Made by a program: the position numbers and the translations under genes
Shown: piece after piece, positions 45,645 through 56,450 of the stretch
Numbering within the stretch: position 1 is the first letter of the stretch
How the letters are laid out: each line of letters opens with the position of its first letter
Source of the DNA: an uncultured Candidatus Woesearchaeota archaeon
GTDB lineage: Archaea; Nanobdellota; Nanobdellia; Woesearchaeales; UBA10107
Assembly: GCA_963835585.1 (NCBI GenBank)
Contig: CAWIGF010000001.1
Location: 34,184 to 98,183 of the forward strand
Direction of reading: 5' to 3'
DNA length: 64,000 nucleotides
Notes under the pieces: model-generated
Databases searched by the model: none
What the model was told of the DNA's origin: nothing
What the model saw: only the letters and a program-made list of their open reading frames with translations

Positions 45645-47351
45645 ATGGACAAAATCAAAAAAGACATACGAAAATTTGCCTTATTGAACGGCTCGAAATT
45701 TGATTATGTCAATCCAGGTTCTGTTATTTCTGCGTTGATTGCCGAGCATCCAAGCATAAAGAAGAACATGAAAGAAGTCCAGACAATGATGAAGCCCATC
45801 ATTAATGAAATCAACAAGATGAGCAAGGATGAACGCCTGCAAGAATTGAAAGATGTCGCTCCTGAACTGCTGGAAGAAAAGAAAGTCGAGAAGAGAGAAG
45901 GATTGAAGGATTTGCCGAACGTCAAGAGGGCAGTTGTGGTGAGAATTGCACCGTCTCCATCGGGGCCGCTGCACATAGGACATAGCTACATAACTGGACT
46001 CAATTACCAATACAAACAGCAATACAAGGGAAAATTAATCTTGAGAATTGAAGATACGAATGCGGACAACATTGATCCTGATGCATATTCAATGATACCT
46101 GAGGATGCAAACTGGCTTACTGAAAATGGGATTGACTCAATCATCATCCAATCAGACAGAATGGATTTGTACTACGGATATATACTGCGACTTATCGAGG
46201 AGAATCACGCATATGTATGCACATGCGAAACAGAAGTGTTCAAGGAAAAACTCAGCAAGAGTACACCTTGCATGTGTAGAAATCTTTCTGTGGATGAACA
46301 ACTTAAAAGATGGGGTAAAATGCTGTGTGGTTACGATGAGGGAGAAGCGGTACTAAGATTCAAATCTGACATTCATCATAAAAATCCTGCAATGAGGGAT
46401 TTTCCGTTGGCACGCATAAATCTCTCCGAACATCCAAGAAAAGGAGAAGAGTACAGAGTATGGCCTTTGATGAATCTTGCAGTCGCAATTGATGATATGG
46501 AAATGGGAGTGACGCATGCAATACGCGGAAAAGATCATGCAGACAACGCGCTGCGCCAGGAAATGATTCACAAAGTGCTCAAAGTAGATACTCCTGAATC
46601 AGTTTCAGTTGGGAGAATAAATTTTGAAGGATTCGATTTGAGCACGACACAAACCAAATTGAAAATCAAGGAAGGAGAATATGACGGATGGGACGACATA
46701 AGATTGCCTTTCCTGCAGTCATTCAAACGAAGAGGATATCAGCCAGGAGCATTAAGGAAGTTCGCTGTTTCGTTGGGAGTAACACAGACAGACAAGACTG
46801 TATCCCAGGAAGAATTCATGAAATCGTTGAATTATTTCAACAAAGAAATAATCGATCCTGTTGCAAACAGGTATTTCTGTGTGAGAAATCCTGTCGTGAT
46901 CACGATCAAAAACGCGCCGGAACTAGAAATCGAGCAGGATTTGCACCCCGACAACAAGAAAGGCGGGAGAAAATTCAAGACTAACCAGAATTTCTATATC
47001 GAGAAGGATGATTATGATCAATTGCAGAACGGACAGCTCGTCAGATTGATGGGTTGTTTGAACTTCAGGGTAATCAAGAAAACCCCAAAGGAAAATATGT
47101 TTGAATTTGATTCAAAAGAATATGGAATATTCAGGGATGATGCAAGCAAGGACAAGAAACAAATTCACTGGCTGCCACAGGATCAGAGCCAACTTACAAA
47201 AATAAAGATAAAATTAGAAGACAATACTGATGTTGATTGTTTCGCGGAGAAGGGAGTTGAGAACGTTAAAGTAAATAATGTTGTTCAATTCGAACGGTTT
47301 GGTTTCTGCAGGTGCGATTCAAAGAATAGTTTCTGGTACGGGCACAGATGA
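45645..47351 (+). CDS. gltX: Glutamyl-tRNA synthetase, archaeal/eukaryotic type
   Basis: HIGH motif SPSGPLHIGH. Class I fold. 568 aa. Confidence 0.85.
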   Translation: MDKIKKDIRKFALLNGSKFDYVNPGSVISALIAEHPSIKKNMKEVQTMMKPIINEINKMSKDERLQELKDVAPELLEEKKVEKREGLKDLPNVKRAVVVRIAPSPSGPLHIGHSYITGLNYQYKQQYKGKLILRIEDTNADNIDPDAYSMIPEDANWLTENGIDSIIIQSDRMDLYYGYILRLIEENHAYVCTCETEVFKEKLSKSTPCMCRNLSVDEQLKRWGKMLCGYDEGEAVLRFKSDIHHKNPAMRDFPLARINLSEHPRKGEEYRVWPLMNLAVAIDDMEMGVTHAIRGKDHADNALRQEMIHKVLKVDTPESVSVGRINFEGFDLSTTQTKLKIKEGEYDGWDDIRLPFLQSFKRRGYQPGALRKFAVSLGVTQTDKTVSQEEFMKSLNYFNKEIIDPVANRYFCVRNPVVITIKNAPELEIEQDLHPDNKKGGRKFKTNQNFYIEKDDYDQLQNGQLVRLMGCLNFRVIKKTPKENMFEFDSKEYGIFRDDASKDKKQIHWLPQDQSQLTKIKIKLEDNTDVDCFAEKGVENVKVNNVVQFERFGFCRCDSKNSFWYGHR

Positions 47352-47806
47352 AGAATAACAAATTATGAAGAGTATTATAACAAATTATGAAGAGTATTGC
47401 CTGTCAGGTTGTCGAGTATAATTCGGCTGATTACATCTAAGATATATCTCGTTTAAATGCTGAGTATCTACAGGTCGCGTTTCATTTGAATCAGGTATTC
47501 TTTTATAATTCGAAGAAGAAGAGAATAAATGAAATAATCCCGAAAGCGTGTCTGACAGAACAGGCTTCTTTCCTAACCGAGCAGTCAAGTCCATAACTTC
47601 ACCTTTGTTCGCCTTGGGTAAGGCTAATACTGATTTAATTATCAAATCTATATAAATATTCTGATTCCTCACCACCAACAAGGGACAATATTATTCATTT
47701 TATAAATATCCTCGAAACATTTTTAAACAGAAATGGCCTAAATAAGCGTTATAGGCGTTTAAAACGCATAATAAGCGTTTTTGACAAAAAATGAGAGGTG
47801 CTAAAA

Positions 47807-47977
47807 ATGGGAGATAGTTTGGTTGTAAAGGCAAAGATCAAAGACGAGGCCAAGGGATTTAATGTTTCTGGAGATTTCGCTGATGCTTTGAGTGAAAAAG
47901 TGAGCAAAGTTATCAAAAAGGCCTGCGAACGAGCCGAAGCAAACAGCAGAAAAACAGTTATGGCAAAAGATCTGTAA
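47807..47977 (+). CDS. Small histone-fold-like protein (56 aa, DUF1931-like?)
   Basis: GAGAGGTG upstream. C-terminal RKTVMAKDL resembles the RKTI..EDI end of archaeal histones. Palindromic ataagcgtt...aacgc operator-like repeats upstream. Confidence 0.3.
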   Translation: MGDSLVVKAKIKDEAKGFNVSGDFADALSEKVSKVIKKACERAEANSRKTVMAKDL

Positions 47978-47989
47978 AAGATCTTTTAC

Positions 47990-48517
47990 TTATTTTTTTA
48001 ATTCTCTTAGCTTTTCCTTTGACGCAGAAATTCTCTCCTTGATTCTTTCCAATAGTGATTCAGGATATGAAGGATTATCTTTCAGTTCATAGTATTTTGC
48101 CTCAAGTGCGTATAATTTGTCTTCCATTTCCTCAACCAAGGATGGCTTTATTTCCTCATTGAGTTGTTCTTTCAATGATTCTTCGTTTACTTTCTTCCCA
48201 ACCTTTTCCAATAACTCGTTTAATTTCTGTATTTTCAAATCGAGCTCTTCCTCTTTTTTCTTCAATTGTGCATGTGATTCATACTCTTTTTTAGATATTC
48301 TAGAAACGCCCAGTTTCTTGTCAAGCATAATTGATATGTGTTTCTCCAATTTTTCTAATTCTGCGGAAATTACTGATTTTTTCGGAGATTGCGCAGCAAC
48401 AATCCTTATCTTCTGCAAATAACCACGCAATTTATCCCGAGAAATTTGCTGCTCGTTGACTTTTTTGGCAGCAAGAGAAAGATTGTAAAAAAGTTTTTTC
48501 ATTCCAGGATGCATCAA
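47990..48517 (-). CDS. Coiled-coil protein
   Basis: 175 aa, heptad-rich, Glu/Lys-rich. Confidence 0.4.
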   Translation of the reverse strand: MMHPGMKKLFYNLSLAAKKVNEQQISRDKLRGYLQKIRIVAAQSPKKSVISAELEKLEKHISIMLDKKLGVSRISKKEYESHAQLKKKEEELDLKIQKLNELLEKVGKKVNEESLKEQLNEEIKPSLVEEMEDKLYALEAKYYELKDNPSYPESLLERIKERISASKEKLRELKK

Positions 48518-48529
48518 TTACCTCGGTAA

Positions 48530-49105
48530 TTACTTAATCAACCCACCAAACATCCCTTTCTTTTCATCTCTTTTGGGAGGCATTGGTGGTGCTGGTGGCA
48601 TCGGCATGCTCATACCTTGTGAAGGTGATTGTGGAGGCATTCCCCCTAGTGGTGGAAGACGTGGAGAAGTGGGTGTATTTTGTTGTTGCGGAGCGGCCAT
48701 TGCTGGACGTTGCATCGGTTGCTGTTGCGGTCTCATCTGAGGAGGTTGCTGCGGTCTTGGTCTCTGCTGTTGCTGTTCTTTTGCGGAAACCATATCGGCA
48801 ACCGCCAAAATTCCTTTAGCTATCTTTTGGTTTTGATCCGAAAGATCATCAAGCCTTTGCTCTATCGGCTGTATTCGCTTGGCAATGACGTCCGACTCCC
48901 GTTCCTCTGCTTTCATTTGATCAGAAGCCTCTTTGAATATTTCAATTAGCGTCTCCATGTTATCATTCAGTTTATCTATGCTTTCCTGGAGAGACTTTCC
49001 GGATTTGGTTCCACCAAGAGGATTTTTCTTTAAGTAATCAACATCCTGTTTGAGCTCAGAAACTTCCTTCGAACTAAGGAGAGTATATTCGTCATCAGCC
49101 ATCAA
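48530..49105 (-). CDS. Coiled-coil protein with Pro/Gln/Met-rich low-complexity C-terminus
   Basis: N-terminal coiled coil. C-terminal PRPQQPPQMRPQQQPMQRP...PMPPAPPMPP. Confidence 0.4.
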   Translation of the reverse strand: MMADDEYTLLSSKEVSELKQDVDYLKKNPLGGTKSGKSLQESIDKLNDNMETLIEIFKEASDQMKAEERESDVIAKRIQPIEQRLDDLSDQNQKIAKGILAVADMVSAKEQQQQRPRPQQPPQMRPQQQPMQRPAMAAPQQQNTPTSPRLPPLGGMPPQSPSQGMSMPMPPAPPMPPKRDEKKGMFGGLIK

Positions 49106-49188
49106 TCCACCTCTTTGTTAGAGTGAATTTAGGCTTGATTTCTTTATAAAGTTTGCGCAGAAAAGCCCTTAAACCGCGTTAAAACAAG

Positions 49189-49656
49189 TTATTGGGAAGA
49201 GGACCCATTTTCTTCGATTAGCCTATTCTTGTTATTTTCAGAAGGAATCACTTCAGAAATTTTGCAAGTCGCGAATCCCTTTGTTTTTTCATCATTTTGC
49301 AATACAAATGAACCGTTATAGGCAAAAGAACTGCCATTTTCTGTTTGATGCGTCTCGATTGGATCACCAAAATTGTAATCAACTCGGCCATGTGGAGACA
49401 TTACAAGAAATTCCAAACTTTCGTCAGAAAGATTTCCCAATAGGACCAAATCTGAATCACAAGAATGGCATGAAGCCTTTCCTTTGCATGCAACTGTACC
49501 CTGTATTCTTTTATTGTTGAATAGTTTGTAAAAATTTCCGGAATAAGCCATCCGTATCCCATGTGAATTTGACTCAACTTCAATTTTATATTCTGTTCTT
49601 GATGGTTGTCTGTGACATGAACCTGAACTGTAACACACTTTAATTCCCCATATCAT
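49189..49656 (-). CDS. Hypothetical protein
   Basis: 155 aa. Cys/His-containing. Overlaps the thermosome stop. Confidence 0.35.
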   Translation of the reverse strand: MIWGIKVCYSSGSCHRQPSRTEYKIEVESNSHGIRMAYSGNFYKLFNNKRIQGTVACKGKASCHSCDSDLVLLGNLSDESLEFLVMSPHGRVDYNFGDPIETHQTENGSSFAYNGSFVLQNDEKTKGFATCKISEVIPSENNKNRLIEENGSSSQ

Positions 49657-51288
49657 CCATGTTCATTGGCTTTTGCATCGGCTGGTTCTGTCCTGACGCA
49701 ATAACATCATCGATTCTCAGAATCATCTCGGCAACTTCCGCTGCGGAGGAAACAGCCTGCGTCTTTATTTTCAACGGTTCAATTATTCCTTCGTCCCATG
49801 CATCAATTATTTTTCCGGTGAACACATCGATTCCTGCCCATTTGACCCCTTTGTCATGGGCAACTTTCAGATCTGTAAGGACATCAATTGGATCGAGCCC
49901 CGCATTTTCCGCGAGCGTTATCGGAATGATTTCCATCGCATCGGCGAAAGCGAGTACTGCCAACTGCTCCCTGCCGCTCAACGAAGTAGCGAATAATCGC
50001 AGGTTTCGTGCAACTTCAACTTCGCATGCTCCTGCACCTGCGACAACTCTTCCTGATTTTATTGCAGCGACCAAGTCACCTATCGCGTCTTCCATTGCCC
50101 GCTTAACTTCCGCGACAATATGCTCAGTTCCTCCCTTAACTAGAATCGTTACTGACTTTGACAAGCTTGTGCCGCTCACGTACGTTACATTATCATCTCC
50201 CATCTTCCGTTCCTCGACAATTTCTGCATATCCCAAATCGGATGAGCTCAAGTCAGAGAGCTTTGTTACAATCGCTGCTCCTGTTGCTCTCGCTAATTTT
50301 GCCATGTCCGATTTCTTTACCCTTCTGCATGCATAAATGCTATGCTTTGCGAGATAATGCTGAGCCAATTCATCTATTCCTTTCTGACAGAACACAACAT
50401 TGACATGCAATGAGGACAATTTGTCGACCATTTCCTTTATGATCCGTTCCTCAGTCTCTAGGAACGAGTGCAGTTGCGATGGGTCCGTGATTTGTATTTT
50501 CGCTTCTATCTCAGTATTCTTTATTTCAAGAGCAGAATCAATCAATGCTATCTTCGGATTTGCCAGTTTCTGGGGCATTCCGGAATGAACTTTTTCCTTG
50601 TCGAGAATAAGACCCTCAATTATCTCTGAGTCCTCGACACTATTCCCTATCTTCTTCTCTATCGCGATATCGTCGCGCTCGATGACAAAATTTCCTTTTT
50701 CATCTTTTTCAATGACTTTTATAAGTGCCTTCAGGCACAGCAGGGAAAGTTTTTCTTTCGCAACCTCTGCCCCCTTTCCAGTCATTGCCGTCAATGCTAT
50801 CTTCTTCAATAAATCAAGATTTCGCTCGTCAATATGCTCGGAAATATTCCTCAATATAATCTGCGTTTTTTCCTCCGCAATCCTGTATCCCTTTACAATG
50901 ATGGTTGGATGAATATTTTTGTCGAGAAGAGTTTCTGCCTGTTTGAGCAATTCTCCTGCAAGAACAGCTGCCGTCGTCGTTCCGTCTCCAACAACTTCTT
51001 CCTGTGTCTTCGCAACTTCGACAAGCATTTTTGCGGCTGGATGATCCATCTGCATTTCCCTCAGGATTGTCGCGCCATCATTCGTGATGGTGATATCCCC
51101 AAGCGCGTCAACAAGCATCTTGTCCATTCCTTTTGGACCCAATGTTGTCCTGACTGTTTCCGCTACTAACTTTGCGGCCGCAATATTATTTCTTTGGGCA
51201 GACCTTCCTGTGGTCCTGGTTGTGCTTTCAGGTAGAATGAATATTGGTTGAACGTCTTTAGCCATCTTTCCCTCAATGAGTACGCTAA
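49640..51288 (-). CDS. ths: Thermosome (group II chaperonin) subunit
   Basis: N-terminal [13 protein letters not shown]... and motifs [15 protein letters not shown], long collinear match. Own TATA (tttataaata) about 20 nt upstream of the ATG. The ORF track fuses it to the upstream transposase. Confidence 0.9.
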
Positions 51289-51324
51289 CCACCCTATCCT
51301 TATTTATAAAGGTTATCATGGTCA

Positions 51325-52141
51325 GGCTCTGTCCTAAAAGTCGGTAAAGCCAAGAAAATAAGTTATGGCAGACTAGCCGCAAATATACTTCTGTGCGGAT
51401 TGTCCGCACAGTTTTGGAGCTGACACTAGCTCCAAACTTGCGTTTTATACTGCTGTTGCTTGATTCAACAAGCGATCTTCGATGATACGTTCTCAATCGA
51501 TACTGCCTCGCCATTTTCTTACGATAACGACCTCGCTTTGCGTTCTTTTTCGCTGGAACCATGAGCACCATGTTGTGCTCATGCGCAAACTTGAACAAAT
51601 ACTCGGCAGAATATCCTTTGTCTGCCACAGCAATCCTCGGATTACTGTTTTTTAAGAGAAATTTCGCATCCTTGATGTCGTGTGCTGGAAGCACACGAAT
51701 CTTCGCAGCGCAGAATTTCTTTTTTCGCGTGTCGAATGCTGTGCTTAGTTTGATGGGAATACAAGGGAAATTCCCGTCGATGCGCTTCAGATAATGATAG
51801 CTCGGATTTGTCCTCGACAAACCTGTGCTGTCGATGGCAACGAGATGCGAGTTGCCACAAGTTATGCTCAATATTTTCTGCCAGAAAGCTGTATCGAGTT
51901 TTGCAGCGGTATACTGCAACGCTGATTTGCTTGGGCATCGTATGCCAAGCAAATCGCAGTGTTCCCGGACCCTGCGATAGGACAATCTGCAATATGCCTT
52001 GATGATCAGTGCGTGCAAATGCTCCAGAAATTCATACGTCTTCGGTCCGAAATGGTGCAGCCATCTCGGACAGCCCAATCTCCTCAACAAACGCTTAAGT
52101 TTTTGTATTAGTTTTGTTTCTTTTCCCATGTGGGGGTTCAC
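51325..52141 (-). CDS. IS5-family DDE transposase whose ORF lacks a stop inside the element
   Basis: N-terminal HTH-like region. DDE-like residues in IDSTG, ADKGY, ESSNSSIKR. The ORF runs through the terminal repeat and in frame into the thermosome gene, giving the 833 aa track ORF. Confidence 0.7.
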
Positions 52142-52214
52142 TCCCCACCCCAGAACAGCCTAGCGGCTGTCTGGGTTATTAGTTTTATGAATTACAGAGA
52201 TTTAGGACAGAGCC
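51325..52214 (-). mobile_element. IS5-family insertion sequence (about 890 bp) with 14 bp terminal inverted repeats and 9 bp target duplication TCATGGTCA
   Basis: Left end GGCTCTGTCCTAAA (51325-51338). Right end TTTAGGACAGAGCC (52201-52214). Direct repeats at 51316-51324 and 52215-52223. Confidence 0.75.
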
Positions 52215-52262
52215 TCATGGTCAATAAAGCTTAAATATATCCCTCCGAAAAAGAGAAATCCT

Positions 52263-53141
52263 ATGGGGAAAAACTCAGTACTTTCCAATATTGTTATCAA
52301 ACAAGAAGAAGAAAAAATCACAGCACATGCAGACTATATGCCACTTCGTATTGATTCCGAGAACTTCGTTCGTCTTACACATGATCGAAATCCAATCCAC
52401 TACAAACTTCCTATATGCAACGAGGCAATTGCTCCAGGGTTCATGCACACGACAGCTGCGTTGGCATTGCTCTCAGAAATCATGCGTAATGATAATGACC
52501 ATTTCCCCAGATACTGGATTCAAGAAGTTAACATGAATGGTGTGGTCATTACAGGTATTCCACACAAAACGGAGACGACATTCGACCCAAAAAATAAGAT
52601 ACAGATTTCAAACATCTTAAATCCAAAGAATAGTGTGCAATGCAGCATTAAAAATTCAGGCTACGATATATGGCAAGACATTCCTTTACCATCCGCAACC
52701 CTCATACATCAGGATCACATAGAAATCCCAGACGAATCAGTACTTTCAGATTTTGGAAGCATACTAAATCCGAATCTCAACGGCATGCAAACTCCATTCT
52801 ATGCGCTCGCTTGTGCATCATCAGTTGTCTTCTCCGCGATAGATGCCAAAAAAATACGTAATCCTGCACAAGAAGTGATGAACATGTATGCTAGTCAGCA
52901 CATTCAAACAGATATGGAAACTCTAAAATCCATAAAAAAAAGCATGACACTGGATTTTTACCTCTCTGAACCAGACAAGTTCGGCGTAATCTCTCCTTCG
53001 ACGATAGATATGTGCGTCATAGGAAAAAATGAGAACGGAGAGGTGGCATACATCGTCTCTGCGCCGCTAGCATTCAAGGAAGAAGCCCGCATGATGAAGT
53101 TGATAAGACGGTATTTGAAGCAGATAACGCCCACGCAATGA
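52263..53141 (+). CDS. MaoC-like/hot-dog fold protein (tentative)
   Basis: MaoC-like segment DRNPIHYKLPICNEAIAPGFMHTT. Confidence 0.35.
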   Translation: MGKNSVLSNIVIKQEEEKITAHADYMPLRIDSENFVRLTHDRNPIHYKLPICNEAIAPGFMHTTAALALLSEIMRNDNDHFPRYWIQEVNMNGVVITGIPHKTETTFDPKNKIQISNILNPKNSVQCSIKNSGYDIWQDIPLPSATLIHQDHIEIPDESVLSDFGSILNPNLNGMQTPFYALACASSVVFSAIDAKKIRNPAQEVMNMYASQHIQTDMETLKSIKKSMTLDFYLSEPDKFGVISPSTIDMCVIGKNENGEVAYIVSAPLAFKEEARMMKLIRRYLKQITPTQ

Positions 53142-53207
53142 AGCGATGATTTCCTGTCTCAAAAGATACATGCTCCTTTCATTCAGAATTGTTATAAATT
53201 AGCGTTT

Positions 53208-53795
53208 ATGTTTCAACACATGCAAAAACCAAAATTCATGCAAAAACCAAAATTGGAATTACCGAATGATCCATATTCTCTCATAGACAATAAGGGCGGA
53301 ATACATCCCTATTACTTATCGCAAATGTATATTCGCATCCATAAAACAATAGCAGAAAAAATTGGAGAAGAAACTCTTCAACACAGATTGTTCTTCGAAA
53401 ATGACAAGAAAAAAGATGATTATCATTTTAAATTAAGCAAGCAATATAAAAAATATTTTTATTGTGCACTAAAAGACAAGAAAATAAAACAAGAACTTGC
53501 CTCTCTGCCAAACATAGAAGCGATTCTTTCCATAATAGGAAATGCAACGTCCGGACATCTGAAAGACAACAAGAAAAAATACAATGCATTGGTTCACGAA
53601 GCAATTCAAAATTATTCCTTTCCAAGCGAAACACATCCAAATGAAGGACAATCAGAAGCAGGCGAGCACAACAGTTTAGTATCATGGAAGGGGGTCAGAA
53701 AAATAAAATTCAATACAAAACCTAGAAAGATAACTGAATTACTGCAAAGATGCGACCCAAAAAACAATCCAGATCTGAAGAAACAGTATGAATAG
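53208..53795 (+). CDS. Hypothetical protein
   Basis: 195 aa, Lys-rich. Confidence 0.35.
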   Translation: MFQHMQKPKFMQKPKLELPNDPYSLIDNKGGIHPYYLSQMYIRIHKTIAEKIGEETLQHRLFFENDKKKDDYHFKLSKQYKKYFYCALKDKKIKQELASLPNIEAILSIIGNATSGHLKDNKKKYNALVHEAIQNYSFPSETHPNEGQSEAGEHNSLVSWKGVRKIKFNTKPRKITELLQRCDPKNNPDLKKQYE

Positions 53796-53927
53796 AATGT
53801 CTCATATATTTTTTCTATATTGAAAATAATTAGCAAAAATCAACAGCAACGTTTATAAACAACCCCTATAACAAAAGGAATAAATCTTCTATTCTGGTTT
53901 AAATCGGAAGTAGAGGGGTTTCGAAAA

Positions 53928-54611
53928 ATGGTTCAAGTGAAAAAAGGCGATTTCATCGAAGTTGAATACACAGGCAAGGTAAAAGAGGATAATTTTGTTT
54001 TCGACACGACATCGGAAAAAATCGCAAAAGAAAAAGGAATTTTTAATCCATATGCATCATACGGCCCAACAATAATCTGTGTTGGAGAAGGTCAGTTGCT
54101 GAAAGGACTCGACATCAAGATACAGGGCAAGGAAATCGGAAAAGAATACGAATTTTCATTAAGCCCAGAAGAAGGATTTGGAAAGAAATCAGCGCAGTTG
54201 CTGAAACTAATTCCTGCAAGCGCATTTAAGAAAGGAAATACGCGACCAGAAATCGGCATGCAAGTCGAGGTTGATGACCAAATTGGCGTGATAAAAACAG
54301 TTACTGGCGGAAGAATCGTTGTAGATTTCAACCATCCACTGGCAAGCAAAGATCTTGAGTATACAATCAAGATTAACAAACTAGTTGTTGATGATGCAGA
54401 AAAAATAAAATCAATGGTTTCATTGACGCTCAACCTGAACAAGAGCAAGATTGACGTTACCATCCAAAATGGAAAAGCAACGGTAAAGACACTCAAGCTT
54501 CCTGAAATATTCCACAAGGAACTTTCAAAGAAAATAATGACAGTTGTTCCTACCATTAAGGAATTAGTTTTCGAAGAAACACCTCAGAAAAAAGAGGAAA
54601 AGAAGGTTTAA
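53928..54611 (+). CDS. FKBP-type peptidyl-prolyl cis-trans isomerase (long archaeal type)
   Basis: Begins VKKGDFIEVEYTGK..VFDTT. Insert-in-flap region. C-terminal extension. Confidence 0.8.
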   Translation: MVQVKKGDFIEVEYTGKVKEDNFVFDTTSEKIAKEKGIFNPYASYGPTIICVGEGQLLKGLDIKIQGKEIGKEYEFSLSPEEGFGKKSAQLLKLIPASAFKKGNTRPEIGMQVEVDDQIGVIKTVTGGRIVVDFNHPLASKDLEYTIKINKLVVDDAEKIKSMVSLTLNLNKSKIDVTIQNGKATVKTLKLPEIFHKELSKKIMTVVPTIKELVFEETPQKKEEKKV

Positions 54612-54662
54612 ATAGAAGGAACCACTGAAATTGTCATTAACCCTTAAGAGGTCAGACGACAA

Positions 54663-55751
54663 ATGGACACTACCATAAACACAGTAAGTCAACAAGAAAG
54701 ACATTCTGATAGCGATGCAGAACTGGAAGCATTCATTTCAAAACAGCAGGCATCTATCAAAGTCATTGGTGTCGGTGGTGGCGGAAATAATACAATCAAT
54801 AGAATGAGTGAAGTCGGGATTAAAGGTGCCGAAACAATTGCGATAAACACCGACGCCCAGGATTTGCTTTACACGACCGCTGATAAAAAATTACTGATTG
54901 GAAAAGAAATATCAAAAGGACTTGGTGCAGGCTCGATACCGAAAATAGGAGAGGAAGCGGCACGAGAGTCCGAAAATGAAATCAAAAGAATGCTAAGCAA
55001 TGGCGATATGGTTTTCATAACATGCGGCCTTGGAGGAGGAACAGGTACAGGTGCAGCTCCTATTATTGCGGAAATAGCAAAAAAGATGGGAGCATTAACT
55101 GTTGGTGTCGTGACACTCCCTTTTTCAATGGAAGGAAGCAGGAGATTTGAAAATGCAACCATCGGTCTCGAAAAATTAGAAAATATTGTTGATACGCTCA
55201 TCGTAATACCTAATGACAAGTTGCTGGAACTAGCTCCAGATTTGCCATTGCACACTGCATTTAAGGTTGCCGATGAAATATTGACAAATGCAGTTAAGGG
55301 AATTGCAGAATTGGTAACGAAAGCAGGACTGGTCAATCTTGACTTCGCGGACATAAGAACTGTAATGGGCAACGGCGGAGTTTCGTTGATTGGAGTCGGA
55401 GAAGCAGACGGAGATAACAGAGCACAGGAGGCAGTTGAAAAAGCTGTTCACAACCCATTGCTTGACGTTGATATTGCAGGAGCAACAGGAGCTTTGATCA
55501 ATGTATCAGGCGGCCCTGATATGACATTGGACGAGGCTCGTAAAATAGTTGAGACTGTCTCAGAGACGCTTGATGAGGATGCAAGAATTATCTGGGGAGC
55601 TCAGATATCAGAAGATTTAACAGGAGTAGTTCGCGCATTATTGATAATCACAGGAGTGAAATCAAGCCAAATCTTTGGACCTATGAAAAAAGTATCCAAG
55701 GAAAAGAGAAGAGAAATCGAAAACGAGCTCGGCATTGATTTTGTTGACTAA
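54663..55751 (+). CDS. ftsZ: Cell division GTPase FtsZ
   Basis: Motifs GVGGGGNN and [10 protein letters not shown] (tubulin signature). Confidence 0.9.
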   Translation: MDTTINTVSQQERHSDSDAELEAFISKQQASIKVIGVGGGGNNTINRMSEVGIKGAETIAINTDAQDLLYTTADKKLLIGKEISKGLGAGSIPKIGEEAARESENEIKRMLSNGDMVFITCGLGGGTGTGAAPIIAEIAKKMGALTVGVVTLPFSMEGSRRFENATIGLEKLENIVDTLIVIPNDKLLELAPDLPLHTAFKVADEILTNAVKGIAELVTKAGLVNLDFADIRTVMGNGGVSLIGVGEADGDNRAQEAVEKAVHNPLLDVDIAGATGALINVSGGPDMTLDEARKIVETVSETLDEDARIIWGAQISEDLTGVVRALLIITGVKSSQIFGPMKKVSKEKRREIENELGIDFVD

Positions 55752-55753
55752 AT

Positions 55754-55948
55754 ATGGAAGAAGGTCAGCAAAAAGCAACAATGATGCAGAGATTGAAGCG
55801 ATTTTATCATGAGTGTGTTCGTGTCCTGACAATAACCAAGAAACCAGATGGCACTGAGTACAAGACCATTGTCAAAGTATCAGGGCTCGGCATTGCGTTG
55901 ATTGGTTTGATAGGATTCATCATACAGATGATAAGCCAAGTATTGTAG
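55754..55948 (+). CDS. secE: Protein translocase subunit SecE/Sec61-gamma
   Basis: 64 aa with a single C-terminal transmembrane helix. Conserved position upstream of spt5 and rpl11. Confidence 0.7.
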   Translation: MEEGQQKATMMQRLKRFYHECVRVLTITKKPDGTEYKTIVKVSGLGIALIGLIGFIIQMISQVL

Positions 55949-55955
55949 GAAGACT

Positions 55956-56435
55956 ATGACAGAAGCAGAACAAAAAACAACAATTTACGCTGTACGAACA
56001 ACAGCAAACAGGGAAGACCAGGTAATGGATTTCTTAGAAAGCAACATAAAGAAAAAGAAGCTTGGTGTCTTCTCAATAATACACCCTCACGGCATGCGAG
56101 GATACATTTTCGTTGAAGCACTTACGAGGAGCGACGCGGAACAGGCGACACAAGGAATCCCTTACGCACGAGGAATCCTCGACAAGGAAGTGCAGATGAA
56201 AGAACTGGACCATATGTTCGAACAGGCTCCTTCCGAAATGAACATTCAGAAGAACGATATTGCGGAAATCATATCAGGAACATTGAAAAGGGAGCAATGC
56301 AAGGTTCAGCGAGTCGATCCCGTGAAAGGAGAGGTCGTTGTCGTGCTATTGGATGCGGCAGTGCCAATCCCAATCACATTGAAAATGGATGCGATCCGCG
56401 TAATCAGAAGAGAAGGCGAAGAAGACAACAAATAA
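55956..56435 (+). CDS. spt5: Transcription elongation factor Spt5 (NusG homolog)
   Basis: NGN domain (IYAVRTTANREDQV) plus KOW (GEVVVVLLDAAVPIPITLKMDAIRVI). Confidence 0.85.
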   Translation: MTEAEQKTTIYAVRTTANREDQVMDFLESNIKKKKLGVFSIIHPHGMRGYIFVEALTRSDAEQATQGIPYARGILDKEVQMKELDHMFEQAPSEMNIQKNDIAEIISGTLKREQCKVQRVDPVKGEVVVVLLDAAVPIPITLKMDAIRVIRREGEEDNK

Positions 56436-56450
56436 ATTTTTATTTTAGGA

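Noticed and set aside
49640-52141. Single 833 aa ORF in the track
   Set aside because: It is a read-through fusion of an IS5-family transposase (N-terminal ~285 aa) and the thermosome. The thermosome has its own TATA box and conserved N-terminus (MAKDVQPIF…). The junction coincides with the IS terminal repeat and target duplication.
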